The notes beneath the pieces were generated by a model that ran no database searches, was not told the origin of the DNA, and saw only the letters and a program-made list of their open reading frames with translations. Of a DNA stretch of 46,619 nucleotides, positions 9,022 to 17,797 are shown in pieces. Position numbers and translations under genes: made by a program. Within the stretch, counting starts at the first letter, position 1. Every line of letters starts with the position of its first letter. This DNA is from an uncultured bacterium (GTDB lineage: Bacteria > Patescibacteriota > Patescibacteriia > Patescibacteriales > UBA12465). The stretch covers positions 1-46,619 of the forward strand of contig CAIQRY010000044.1 of the NCBI GenBank assembly GCA_903874345.1. Reading direction: 5' to 3'.

Positions 9022-9083
9022 TTTCTGTTTTGGGTTTAGACTTGGGTTTATATTGAATTTTTAAGGTAATTACTTAACAAAAG

Positions 9084-9112
9084 AATATAACATTGAATAT
9101 TTGTTCTGTCAA
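9084..9112 (-). promoter_or_regulatory. sigma70 promoter of cassette 1
   Basis: TTGACA-17 nt-(TGT)TATATT followed by CTTTTGTTAA. Confidence 0.65.
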
Positions 9113-9177
9113 TAATTAAGATTTGGGCGAAGTCTAGCTCACTGCCATCTTGTTCGATCCCCGTTATCATCCTATTC

Positions 9178-9216
9178 AAACAAAAAAGACAGAATTACAT
9201 TCTGTCTTTTTTGTTT
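9178..9216 (-). terminator. terminator of the tmRNA-tRNA transcript
   Basis: AAACAAAAAAGACAGAAT/ATTCTGTCTTTTTTGTTT inverted repeat. Confidence 0.8.
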
Positions 9217-9219
9217 GTG

Positions 9220-9291
9220 AGCGGGTAACGGGAATCGAACCCGTCTCTCGACCTTGGCAAGGTCGCATAATAGCCACTATACGATACCCGC
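9220..9291 (-). tRNA. tRNA-Gly(GCC), CCA not encoded
   Basis: GCGGGTA acceptor stem, CGACC-TTGCCAA-GGTCG anticodon arm, GGTTCGATTCCC T-arm. Confidence 0.95.
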
Positions 9292-9310
9292 AAAAAATTT
9301 CTTCTCAAAG

Positions 9311-9394
9311 TGCCGCGGGCGGGAATCGAACCCGCACTGTATCGCTACAACTGGATTTTAAGTCCAGCGCGTCTACCAGTTCCGCCACCGCGGC
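9311..9394 (-). tRNA. tRNA-Leu(TAA) with long variable arm
   Basis: GCCGCGG acceptor, CTGGA-CTTAAAA-TCCAG anticodon arm, GGTTCGATTCCC T-arm. Confidence 0.95.
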
Positions 9395-9418
9395 TTTAAT
9401 TCCGGCCAACCAAATCTG

Positions 9419-9805
9419 TGGAGATGATGGGAGTTGAACCCATGTCCAATCGGTTTTTCTAAATACCGGTACAAGATTATCCCGATTTTGTTGTTTAACT
9501 CTAGCCATCAAAAGTCGAGCAAAAAGCGATTAGAGCGATCTTCCTATTTGTTTCGGCGTTAACTGGAAAGCGCGATTAGCTGCCTATCTTCATGTTTATG
9601 ACACCGGCCGACCGTTATGAAGACTCACGGCGACCGATGGTTATAGCTTAATTTGTTTTAGGCCATAACTGGAGCGTAGCTCGGAGTTAACCAAGTGAAC
9701 GCTTTTGCCGTTTTGGCATTTGTGTTTTTTAGTCAGTTTAGCGTGGTAACCAAGCACGTCTTGAATATTTAGAAAAAGGTCCGACTGTCGATTCCTTTCA
9801 TCCCC
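9419..9805 (-). ncRNA. ssrA: tmRNA
   Basis: 5' GGGGATGAAAGGAATCGAC; 3' GGTTCAACTCCCATCATCTCCA with an Ala-type G3.U acceptor stem; tag ORF 9717..9658; lies directly downstream of smpB. Confidence 0.93.
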
Positions 9806-9818
9806 TCTTCAGAAATTT

Positions 9819-10277
9819 CTATCCTCTCTTTGTTAAAGACCGGAGTTGGCGGTCAGTTTCCCGTTTCTTAATCGTTTCCCGTTTATCGAACTTCTTCTTA
9901 CCGCGGGCAACCGCGAATTCCAGCTTCAGAAAACTATGATTAGTATATATTTTGAGCGGGATTAGTGTCAAGCCCTCTTCTTTCTTTTTGCCTAATAAAT
10001 GGCTGATTTCTCCTCTTTTTAAGAGTAATTTACGTTCTCGCGTCGGATCATAGTCCGGGAGCGGTCCGGCCTGCTTATAAGGCGCGATATGACAATTGAT
10101 TAAATATAGTTCGGTCTTATTATTTTTCGTCCGCAAGCTAATATAGCTACCTTTGAGGCTAGCTAAATCATTTCGAACTGCTTTTACCTCATAACCAAAT
10201 AAAACGAGACCCGCTTCATAGCGGTCGAGCAGTTCATAATCAAAACTAGCTTTTTTGTTGATGGCCAGTGCGGACAT
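9819..10277 (-). CDS. smpB: SsrA-binding protein SmpB
   Basis: NKKASFDY, EAGLVL.GYEVKA, R.RKLLL, ARGKKKFDKRE. Confidence 0.97.
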   Translation of the reverse strand: MSALAINKKASFDYELLDRYEAGLVLFGYEVKAVRNDLASLKGSYISLRTKNNKTELYLINCHIAPYKQAGPLPDYDPTRERKLLLKRGEISHLLGKKKEEGLTLIPLKIYTNHSFLKLEFAVARGKKKFDKRETIKKRETDRQLRSLTKRG

Positions 10278-11556
10278 AATTCCAATCTTTAAGCTGCGTA
10301 ATTACTTTCTCGTTAGTTAAAACATTACTTAAATAACCGTGATAACCCGGTTCGACAATCATCTTTAATATATCCTGATTCTGAGCATATTGTTTTTTAA
10401 GCTCATCAATTTTCTCATGAATTTCTTTTTCCGTCACGTTTATTTTTTCAATAATCGCAATTTCGCGAATCGCTAAGGCCGCTTTGACGCGCTTCACGGC
10501 GTTCGGCGCTAAATCTAGCATTAATTGCGCTCGAGTTTTTTTAAGATGGCTTAAATAATCTTCGAACTTACCGCCCTGGCGAATAACGCTCTGCTCAAGT
10601 TCGCCTAAAATATTATTCGTTTCGCTTTCAATAAGCGCGTCCGGAAAATCTCCGAACTTAGCATTATTAATTATTTTTTCAACCATCTCAGATTCGCTTT
10701 TTAAATCCGCGTTCCTTTTTTTTTCAGCAAGGAGACTATCCGTAATCGTTTTCTTTAATTCTTCTAAATTCTTAACCTGAAAAAATCCCGCAAACTGATC
10801 GTTTAATTCCGGGATGGCCCGAGTATAAGCGTCTTTAACCTTAACTTCAAACTCAACTAATTTACCGGCTAAATTTTTCTGATGGTGATCGTCGGGATAA
10901 GGTAAATTAAATTTCCGTTCCTCGTCTTTTTTTGCGCCGATTAAATGATCGTCGAAACCAGGCACGAAATATTCCTTGCCGACTAAAACCGCGAGGTCAT
11001 TATGCTGCCCGCCTTCCACCGGGACCTTATCTAAAAACATTTTAATATCGACCACGGCCTTATCGCCTTTTTTTATCGGTTCTTCGCTTAAGACTTCAAC
11101 CGCCCGCATTTCCTGTAATTCTTTTAAAGACTTAGCTAATTCCTTTTCGTCCATTTTTACTTCCTCTTCTTTTATTTTTAAATCCTTATAATCGCCTAAA
11201 GCGACCGTCGGTAGTAATGACAAAGTAATCTTATATTCAAGCGGATTATTAGGAGCAAGTTTTGTAATACTGACATTCGGCTGACCAAAGGCCTGACGCT
11301 CCATGGTATTTTTCTCAATCACTTCGTCTAAAGTTTTATGAATCGCGAGGTGTGCCGCTTCTTCGAGAATCGTCATCTCGCCGATTTTCTGTTTCAAAAC
11401 TTCTAGTGGCGCTTTGCCCGGACGAAAACCTTCAATCTTCACATTCTTAGCAACTTCTTCCGCACCCTTAACAATATACGGTTCGAATTCCGCGAGCGTG
11501 AGTTCAACTGTTAACTCTATTTGCGATTTTTCTAAATCTTTTTTGGTGACTTGCAT
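10246..11556 (-). CDS. tig: trigger factor (start at MQVTKK)
   Basis: GFRPGKAP ribosome-binding signature, FKBP-like domain (FVPGFDDHLIG); 436 aa from ATG 11556. Confidence 0.95.
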   Translation of the reverse strand: MQVTKKDLEKSQIELTVELTLAEFEPYIVKGAEEVAKNVKIEGFRPGKAPLEVLKQKIGEMTILEEAAHLAIHKTLDEVIEKNTMERQAFGQPNVSITKLAPNNPLEYKITLSLLPTVALGDYKDLKIKEEEVKMDEKELAKSLKELQEMRAVEVLSEEPIKKGDKAVVDIKMFLDKVPVEGGQHNDLAVLVGKEYFVPGFDDHLIGAKKDEERKFNLPYPDDHHQKNLAGKLVEFEVKVKDAYTRAIPELNDQFAGFFQVKNLEELKKTITDSLLAEKKRNADLKSESEMVEKIINNAKFGDFPDALIESETNNILGELEQSVIRQGGKFEDYLSHLKKTRAQLMLDLAPNAVKRVKAALAIREIAIIEKINVTEKEIHEKIDELKKQYAQNQDILKMIVEPGYHGYLSNVLTNEKVITQLKDWNYVRTGHQQKS

Positions 11557-11669
11557 AGGTCTTAAAGTTAGGATAAGCGGGCTTCTGACCCGCTTTAATT
11601 TATGAATAATTGTTTTTATTGTAGCAGTTTTTAAGGAAAAATCAAGCGACACTATTAAAATTAAATAAT

Positions 11670-11694
11670 AAAAAACGCAGGTGTTTCCTGCGTT
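11670..11694 (-). terminator. intrinsic terminator of the 11714 ORF
   Basis: AACGCAGG/CCTGCGTT stem with a T-tract on the minus strand. Confidence 0.65.
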
Positions 11695-11713
11695 GAAATT
11701 TGGTTTTTGGCTC

Positions 11714-12130
11714 TTAAACTTCGTAAGGATAGGAGAAGCGATGAGCCATACAGGGCGAATCAGCTTCAACATAAAGTTCAAATTGTCCGAAGTCACAACC
11801 TGGTTGGTCCCTATCAACAGAACCTGGGTATAAGATTAGAACAAAATGCTCTTCCGTTCCTGCTCCTTCATAGTGCTGAGATAACTGGATCTTAATCCAT
11901 CCTTTGTCTGCCGAGGAAAGATAACAAGTATAGGCAACATCGCCAATCCAGTTCGTTGCTTTAGGGTCAATAAGAAGCATAAAAGTCCTATCGTCACCTT
12001 CCATCCAAAGAAGTAACGGGAAAAAAGAATCTTTTTGCGCTGCAGACTCCTTAAGGATAGTCTGAATTGATTTGTTTAATCGGAAGCGACCTGATTTCCA
12101 AAAAAGAGGTGATCTTTTTACTTCTCTCAA
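11714..12130 (-). CDS. hypothetical protein, start uncertain (frame open to about 12217)
   Basis: Fills the intergenic gap and has its own terminator; the annotated start is TTG. Confidence 0.55.
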   Translation of the reverse strand: MREVKRSPLFWKSGRFRLNKSIQTILKESAAQKDSFFPLLLWMEGDDRTFMLLIDPKATNWIGDVAYTCYLSSADKGWIKIQLSQHYEGAGTEEHFVLILYPGSVDRDQPGCDFGQFELYVEADSPCMAHRFSYPYEV

Positions 12131-12285
12131 GGCGGCGATTAATCTTTCTTCCCGTTCGCTGATCCTTAAGTCGTCTTTTAATTTCGTAAGTCCCCTAATC
12201 TTGATTTTTGGTTCAACCTAAAACTTTTTTAAAACAACAAATTATTCCCCTTATCTTATCCCTTCCCGGCTCTTTTGTCTAGACC

Positions 12286-12315
12286 AAAAACGCCTCGGTT
12301 AACCGAGGCGTTTTT
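12286..12315. terminator. terminator of nusA-hppA (perfect 30-bp palindrome)
   Basis: AAAAACGCCTCGGTTAACCGAGGCGTTTTT. Confidence 0.8.
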
Positions 12316-12336
12316 ATTTCTAAATTCGATATCAAA

Positions 12337-14343
12337 TTAGAGGAGCAAGCCGACGATGAGTAGGGCCACAATGTTTAAGACCTTAATCATCGGGTTGATC
12401 GCTGGACCGGCTGTATCTTTATAAGGATCGCCGACCGTGTCGCCGGTAACTGCCGCTTTATGTGCGTCCGAACCCTTGCCGCCAAAATTACCCGCTTCAA
12501 TATATTTTTTAGCATTATCCCAAGCGCCACCGCCCGAGGTCATTGAAACCGCGACAAAGATACCGGTCACGATCGAGCCAACCAGCAAACCACCTAAGGC
12601 TTCAAGACCGTATTCATGGCCCAACATATTAAAACCAAAGCCCACAATAATCGGCGCGACAACCGGAATCAAGGCCGGGATAATCATTTCTTTAATCGCC
12701 GCTTTCGTAACGATATCAACGGTGCGACCATAATCCGGTTTTTCCGTGCCGTTCATAATACCAGTTTTTTCCTTAAACTGAGCGCGTACATCTTCGACGA
12801 CCGAACCCGCCGCGCGACCGACCGCTTTCATGGCCATCGCGCCGAACAAGAACGGTAATAAACCGCCGATAAATAGTCCAATCAAAACATAAGGATTATC
12901 AATCAAGAATTGCGCATTACCGCCGCCTAATTTTATTTTCGCTGTGAAATCCGCGAAGAGAACCAGGGCCGCTAAAGCCGCGGAGCCAATCGCGTATCCC
13001 TTCGTTACCGCTTTAGTCGTATTGCCAACCGCATCTAAGGGATCTGTAATATTTCTCACATCGTCACCGAGCTCCGCCATTTCCGCAATGCCGCCCGCGT
13101 TATCCGTAATCGGACCGTAAGCATCAATCGTGACGATAATACCGGCCATTGATAACATGGCCATGGCTGCAATCGCGATGCCGTATAAACCGCCCAAAGA
13201 ATAAGCGCCTAAAATCGCCAAACAAATGACGATAACCGGCCAGGCCGTTGATTTCATGGAAACCGCTAAACCGGCAATGACGTTCGTGCCGTGACCAGTT
13301 TTACTCGCTTCCGCGATGCCTTTAACCGGAGAAAATTTTGTCGAAGTATAATATTCGGTAATAACAACTAATAAACCCGTAACTACTAAACCGATTAAAC
13401 TTGCTAAATATAGTTTAGAGCCTTGGGCCGCCACCGGTAATAATTTAATAGCCGCCGGATAAAAAGCAATCGCCGATAAAACACCAGCGGCAATTAAACC
13501 TTTGTACAAAGCGCGCATGATATTTTGTTTTTTACCGAGACGGATAAAGAAAATACCCACGATTGAAGCAACGATCGAAATCGCGCCTAAAATTAAGGGG
13601 AACAAAATAATATTATCGTTATTCGGAAAAGTTAAACTGCCTAAAACCATGGCCGCGATTGAAGTCACGGCATAAGTTTCGAACAAATCCGCCGCCATGC
13701 CCGCGCAATCGCCGACGTTGTCGCCGACATTATCGGCAATCACCGCCGGATTACGAGGATCGTCTTCTGGAATACTCGCCTCGACTTTCCCGACTAAATC
13801 CGCGCCCACGTCCGCTGCCTTCGTATAAATACCGCCGCCTAAGCGCGCAAAAATAGAAATAAGCGAACCGCCAAAAGCAAAACCGATCAAAGCATGTAAA
13901 TCATGAGTCAAAAAATAAAAACCAGCTGTCCCGAGCAAAGCTAAACCAACGACTAGCATACCGGTAACACTGCCACCCATGACCGCGACTTTTAAGGCTT
14001 TAGCTAAACCGCCACGCGCCGCTTCTGTCGTCCGGACATTAGAGCGCACGCTCACAAACATACCGATGTAACCGGTTAAAGCCGAGAGGGCCGCGCCTAA
14101 AATAAAGGCGGCCGCTGTTAACCAACCTAAAACAAAGCCGATGATTAAAAATAGAACCACAGCCACAATCGCAACCGTTTTGTACTGTCGATTTAAGAAA
14201 GCCTTGGCGCCGGCTTGAATCGCCTTAGCAATTTCTTTCATCTTGTCGTTACCTTCCGGTAAACGGAGGATGGAGGCGATAACAATTGCGCCGTAGATGA
14301 CAGCGACAATCGCGCTCCCAAAAATTAAGAGGGTCAGCAACAT
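12337..14343 (-). CDS. hppA: membrane-bound H+-translocating pyrophosphatase, K+-independent type
   Basis: [46 protein letters not shown]; GNTTKA has Lys at the K+-determining site. Confidence 0.95.
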   Translation of the reverse strand: MLLTLLIFGSAIVAVIYGAIVIASILRLPEGNDKMKEIAKAIQAGAKAFLNRQYKTVAIVAVVLFLIIGFVLGWLTAAAFILGAALSALTGYIGMFVSVRSNVRTTEAARGGLAKALKVAVMGGSVTGMLVVGLALLGTAGFYFLTHDLHALIGFAFGGSLISIFARLGGGIYTKAADVGADLVGKVEASIPEDDPRNPAVIADNVGDNVGDCAGMAADLFETYAVTSIAAMVLGSLTFPNNDNIILFPLILGAISIVASIVGIFFIRLGKKQNIMRALYKGLIAAGVLSAIAFYPAAIKLLPVAAQGSKLYLASLIGLVVTGLLVVITEYYTSTKFSPVKGIAEASKTGHGTNVIAGLAVSMKSTAWPVIVICLAILGAYSLGGLYGIAIAAMAMLSMAGIIVTIDAYGPITDNAGGIAEMAELGDDVRNITDPLDAVGNTTKAVTKGYAIGSAALAALVLFADFTAKIKLGGGNAQFLIDNPYVLIGLFIGGLLPFLFGAMAMKAVGRAAGSVVEDVRAQFKEKTGIMNGTEKPDYGRTVDIVTKAAIKEMIIPALIPVVAPIIVGFGFNMLGHEYGLEALGGLLVGSIVTGIFVAVSMTSGGGAWDNAKKYIEAGNFGGKGSDAHKAAVTGDTVGDPYKDTAGPAINPMIKVLNIVALLIVGLLL

Positions 14344-14349
14344 AGTTTT

Positions 14350-15720
14350 TTATTTAGTTTTTTTAGTTTTTGTTTCTTTAGTTTTTTTAACTTTTTTGGC
14401 CGCTTTCTTTTCGCCTTCAACGTTTTCGCCTTCAACGTTTTCTTCGCTAGCTTCCGCTTCGCCTGTCACGGTTTTTTCACCGGCCGCTTCTAAGACCGCG
14501 TTTTCTTCATCAAGTACGGCTAATTCTTCGTCGCTCGCCGCTACTTTTTTCTCGCCTTCTTCCGAGGCCTCAATAATATCTATTTTCCAACCGGTGAGTC
14601 GTGCGGCGAGGCGAACATTTTGTCCGCTTTTACCAATCGCGAGAGATAATTTATCCGGCGCGACTTTCACAACCGCTTTATGTTCGGCCTGATCTAATTC
14701 TAAACTCATAATTTTGGCCGGGGCTAAGGCATTGCCAATAAATTTTTCCGCATCTTCGTTGTATTCAATAATATCAATCTTCTCACCGCCTAATTCCGAA
14801 ATAATTGTTTGGATACGAGAACCGCGCTGCCCGACGCAGGAACCGACTGGGTCAACGTTGTCGGCGTCAGTCCAAATCGCGACTTTCGAGCGCGACCCGG
14901 CTTCGCGGGCGACCGCTTTAATTTCTACTAAGCCGTTTGATACTTCCGGAATTTCGAGATAAAAAACTTTTCGTAAAATTTCTTCGCTGCGGCGGGATAA
15001 AATAATTTCCGGCCCCTTATGTCCTTCGCGTACTTCCTTAATATAAACCTTTACGCGCATACCGGTTTCATAACGTTCGTTATAAATCTGTTCTTCGGCT
15101 GGCAGGAGCCCGATTGCCTTACCTAAATCAACAAAAACGAAGCGTCCTTCCCGGCGCTGCACAATGCCGGAGACCACTTCTCTTTCTTTCCCTTTGAATT
15201 CGCCGAAAATCATATCTCGTTCCATCTCGCGTAATTTCTGGATAATAACCTGCTTCGCGGTTTGAGCGGCCATACGACCGTAACTATCTGGAATCGGTAA
15301 CTCTGTTACTACTTCCTCGCCAATCACGGCATCATGTTTTAAAATCGCCGCTTCTTTAAGTTGAATATCCGTCTTCGGATTAAATTTTTTCTTCCCTTCT
15401 TCCGCCGGCTCCTCTTCAACTACTTCCGGACGAAATTCCCTAAACTCTTCCTTTTTTAATTCTTTCGGGTTAGGATTATATAAATTCGCCAGCATTTCCC
15501 GTTCTTCTTCTTCGGGTAAATTATCGACCACAGTTTTCACATCAAAAATTTCCGATGTTCCTAAATTCGGATCGAATTTCACGCGAATATTTTGATTACG
15601 TTCACCGTAGTCTTTACGATAAGCGGCCGCCAGTGCGAGTTCAATCGCACTAATCACGGATTTAAAATCGAGGTTCTTTTCCTCGCACAGCTGCTTAATC
15701 GCATTGCTGATTTCTGACAT
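14350..15720 (-). CDS. nusA: transcription termination/antitermination factor NusA
   Basis: GRMAAQTAKQVI, AREAGSRSKVA, DPVGSCVGQRGSRI, LSLAIGKSGQNVRLA. Confidence 0.97.
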   Translation of the reverse strand: MSEISNAIKQLCEEKNLDFKSVISAIELALAAAYRKDYGERNQNIRVKFDPNLGTSEIFDVKTVVDNLPEEEEREMLANLYNPNPKELKKEEFREFRPEVVEEEPAEEGKKKFNPKTDIQLKEAAILKHDAVIGEEVVTELPIPDSYGRMAAQTAKQVIIQKLREMERDMIFGEFKGKEREVVSGIVQRREGRFVFVDLGKAIGLLPAEEQIYNERYETGMRVKVYIKEVREGHKGPEIILSRRSEEILRKVFYLEIPEVSNGLVEIKAVAREAGSRSKVAIWTDADNVDPVGSCVGQRGSRIQTIISELGGEKIDIIEYNEDAEKFIGNALAPAKIMSLELDQAEHKAVVKVAPDKLSLAIGKSGQNVRLAARLTGWKIDIIEASEEGEKKVAASDEELAVLDEENAVLEAAGEKTVTGEAEASEENVEGENVEGEKKAAKKVKKTKETKTKKTK

Positions 15721-15749
15721 ATAATTTGATTAGTTAATATTAGATAGAC

Positions 15750-15778
15750 AAAAAGCTAATTGTATGAACAACTAGCTT
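15750..15778 (-). terminator. terminator-like hairpin in the nusA leader (candidate attenuator)
   Basis: AAGCUAGUUGU-UCAU-ACAAUUAGCUU-UUU between the promoter and the nusA ATG. Confidence 0.6.
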
Positions 15779-15786
15779 CTAAATCT

Positions 15787-15814
15787 ATTATACCAGATTG
15801 TCTAATTTTGTCAA
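15787..15814 (-). promoter_or_regulatory. sigma70 promoter of nusA
   Basis: TTGACA-16 nt-(TGG)TATAAT. Confidence 0.75.
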
Positions 15815-15821
15815 AATTAAG

Positions 15822-16256
15822 CTAATAGGGGTAATAAGCGTTAACATTATTATTAATTGCCGCGTTCAAGCGTAATATAATAAAGCGGGTAATCGCCCAA
15901 GAGAGCATAATAATCACTAAACCAATAACCGCGTTAGTCAAAAGCTTAATTGCCTTGCGCGTTTCCTCTTCATTACCGCCCGAGGTCATATATTTAAAAC
16001 CGGCAAAAAGGGTTAAGCATAAAAAGATAACAGCCAAGAGTCCTAAGGCGATACTAACCACCTTAAGAATAATCTGTCTGATATCCGTAGTCTTGTTTCC
16101 GTAGACCGCACCGATATCAGTCATGCCCGTTTGGCTCTGGTACAAAGTATTATCCTGAGCTTGTGCGGGTATAGCTGGGGCAAAAGGAAAAATTGCGAGT
16201 AAAGTTAAAAAACTTAAAAACAATAAAGAAAAAATGTGTTTTTTAGTGATAATCAT
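15822..16256 (-). CDS. VirB2/TrbC-like pilin (CPR-type)
   Basis: Signal peptide ending AQA, then two TM helices around AGFKYMTSGGNEE...A...NAVIGLVII. Confidence 0.8.
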   Translation of the reverse strand: MIITKKHIFSLLFLSFLTLLAIFPFAPAIPAQAQDNTLYQSQTGMTDIGAVYGNKTTDIRQIILKVVSIALGLLAVIFLCLTLFAGFKYMTSGGNEEETRKAIKLLTNAVIGLVIIMLSWAITRFIILRLNAAINNNVNAYYPY

Positions 16257-16318
16257 AAATATGATATAATTGAATTACACTTTAATTATATAAAAATTCC
16301 CCTAAAAAAACAAGGAAA

Positions 16319-17797
16319 ATGAGTTTAGCCGCCCGGATCGCCCATAATACAGCTCTGCAAATAGGCGGCAAGATAGTTTCGACTGTCTTGGGTCTTTTTT
16401 CTGTCGCCCTAATTACTCGTTATTTAGGCCAGGATGGTTTCGGCGAATATACTACCGTCGTGACCTTCTTAACCTTCTTCGCGGTTATTGCCGATCTCGG
16501 GTTAACTCTCGTGACTGTCCAGATGATTAGCGGACACCGCGATGACGAAAATAAAATTTTAAACAACCTTTTCAGTCTGCGTTTAGCTTCGGCAATTATT
16601 CTTTTGGCGCTGGCGCCTATTCTAGTTATCTTTTTCTCTTATAGCCAGGCGGTTAAAATCGGCGTTCTAATTACGGCTGTGTCTTTCATCTTCCCGGCCT
16701 TAAATCAAATTCTCATCGGCTTTTTTCAAAAGAAACTAATTATGGACCGCGATGCGGTGGCTGAAGTGGTCGGCCGTCTCTTTTTGATTTTCGGAATCAT
16801 CTACGCAAAAAAATTAGGCGCGGGTTTAAATGGTATTTTAATCGCAACGGTCGCGGCGAGTGCTGTAAATTTTATTCTTCATTATCTTTTTGCCTGCCGT
16901 TACGCCATTGTTAAGCTGGCGCTTGATTTTTCTTTATGGAGAAAAATTCTGTCTAAGTCCTGGCCGTTGGCAATTACTATCGTCTTGAATTTAATCTACT
17001 TGCGCGCCGATACTTTAATTCTATCTTTATTCCGTAGCCCGGGCGAAGTTGGTCTGTATGGTGCCGCTTATAAAATTATTGATGTCCTAACGACCGTGCC
17101 TTTTATGTTCGCTGGCTTAATTCTACCTATTTTAACGGCCGCCTGGCTTGAAAATAATCGCGCCTATTTTAAAACCGTCCTTCAAAAATCTTTTAACTTC
17201 ATGGCTATTGTCGCCATTCCACTCGTCATCGGGGCGCAATTTTTAGGCCAACCAGTTATGCTCTTTGTGGCTGGCCGCAATTTCACGGAAAGCGGTCTAA
17301 TCCTCCAATGGTTAATTTATGCCGTGGCCGCAATTTTCTTAGGCGCGATGTTTTCTCATGCCGTCATTGCGATTGATAAACAAAAACGCATGATCGGTTT
17401 TTATGTTTTTACTAGCCTTAGCTCCTTGCTCGCTTATTTATATTTAATTCCACGCTATTCTTATTTCGGCGCTGCAGCCGTGACTATTTATAGTGAGCTA
17501 CTCATCGCCATTTTTTCCGCTTATTGCGTTCATAAATATAGCCGCGCTCTACCCAACCTCTGGGTTTTCTTCCGCGCCTTAGCGGCCGGAGCGCTGATGG
17601 GACTTTTCCTTTTATTTTTTACACCGCTTTACCAAACTAGCTTAGGAGGAGTAATCTTATTAATACTTGTTTCTAGCGTGCTTTATTTCTTTTTCTTATA
17701 TTTCTTGGGTGGCATTAAGCCGGAAGACTTGAAAACAATTTTTAAGCGCCAAAAGAAAGTAGGTGTTCAAATTTATGACTCCACGGATAATTTTTGA
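16319..17797 (+). CDS. flippase (Wzx/polysaccharide exporter, MOP family)
   Basis: ITRYLG..GFGEY, ADLGL, IYLRADTLILS, EVGLYGAAYK, GAAAVT; many TM helices. Confidence 0.88.
   Translation: MSLAARIAHNTALQIGGKIVSTVLGLFSVALITRYLGQDGFGEYTTVVTFLTFFAVIADLGLTLVTVQMISGHRDDENKILNNLFSLRLASAIILLALAPILVIFFSYSQAVKIGVLITAVSFIFPALNQILIGFFQKKLIMDRDAVAEVVGRLFLIFGIIYAKKLGAGLNGILIATVAASAVNFILHYLFACRYAIVKLALDFSLWRKILSKSWPLAITIVLNLIYLRADTLILSLFRSPGEVGLYGAAYKIIDVLTTVPFMFAGLILPILTAAWLENNRAYFKTVLQKSFNFMAIVAIPLVIGAQFLGQPVMLFVAGRNFTESGLILQWLIYAVAAIFLGAMFSHAVIAIDKQKRMIGFYVFTSLSSLLAYLYLIPRYSYFGAAAVTIYSELLIAIFSAYCVHKYSRALPNLWVFFRALAAGALMGLFLLFFTPLYQTSLGGVILLILVSSVLYFFFLYFLGGIKPEDLKTIFKRQKKVGVQIYDSTDNF

Noticed and set aside
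1260-9220. Prophage, integron or ICE next to tRNA-Gly/tmRNA
   Set aside because: No integrase, transposase, phage structural gene, attC-like repeat or direct att repeat was found by eye.
9150-9511. ORFs 9150..9437 (+) and 9305..9511 (-)
   Set aside because: They overlap tRNA-Gly, tRNA-Leu and tmRNA, so they are shadow ORFs.
11557-11817. N-terminal extension of trigger factor in the ORF track
   Set aside because: It crosses a terminator, a promoter-like region and the neighbouring ORF; tig homology begins at MQVTKK (11556).
12286-12315. Perfect palindromes (also 41749..41786) as REP/MITE elements or protein-binding sites
   Set aside because: They are unrelated in sequence, flanked by A/T tracts and placed right after genes, so intrinsic terminators explain them.
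14407-14441. 15-nt tandem repeat in the nusA 3' end (ENVEG twice)
   Set aside because: Low-complexity tail duplication with only two copies; not a CRISPR or contingency repeat.
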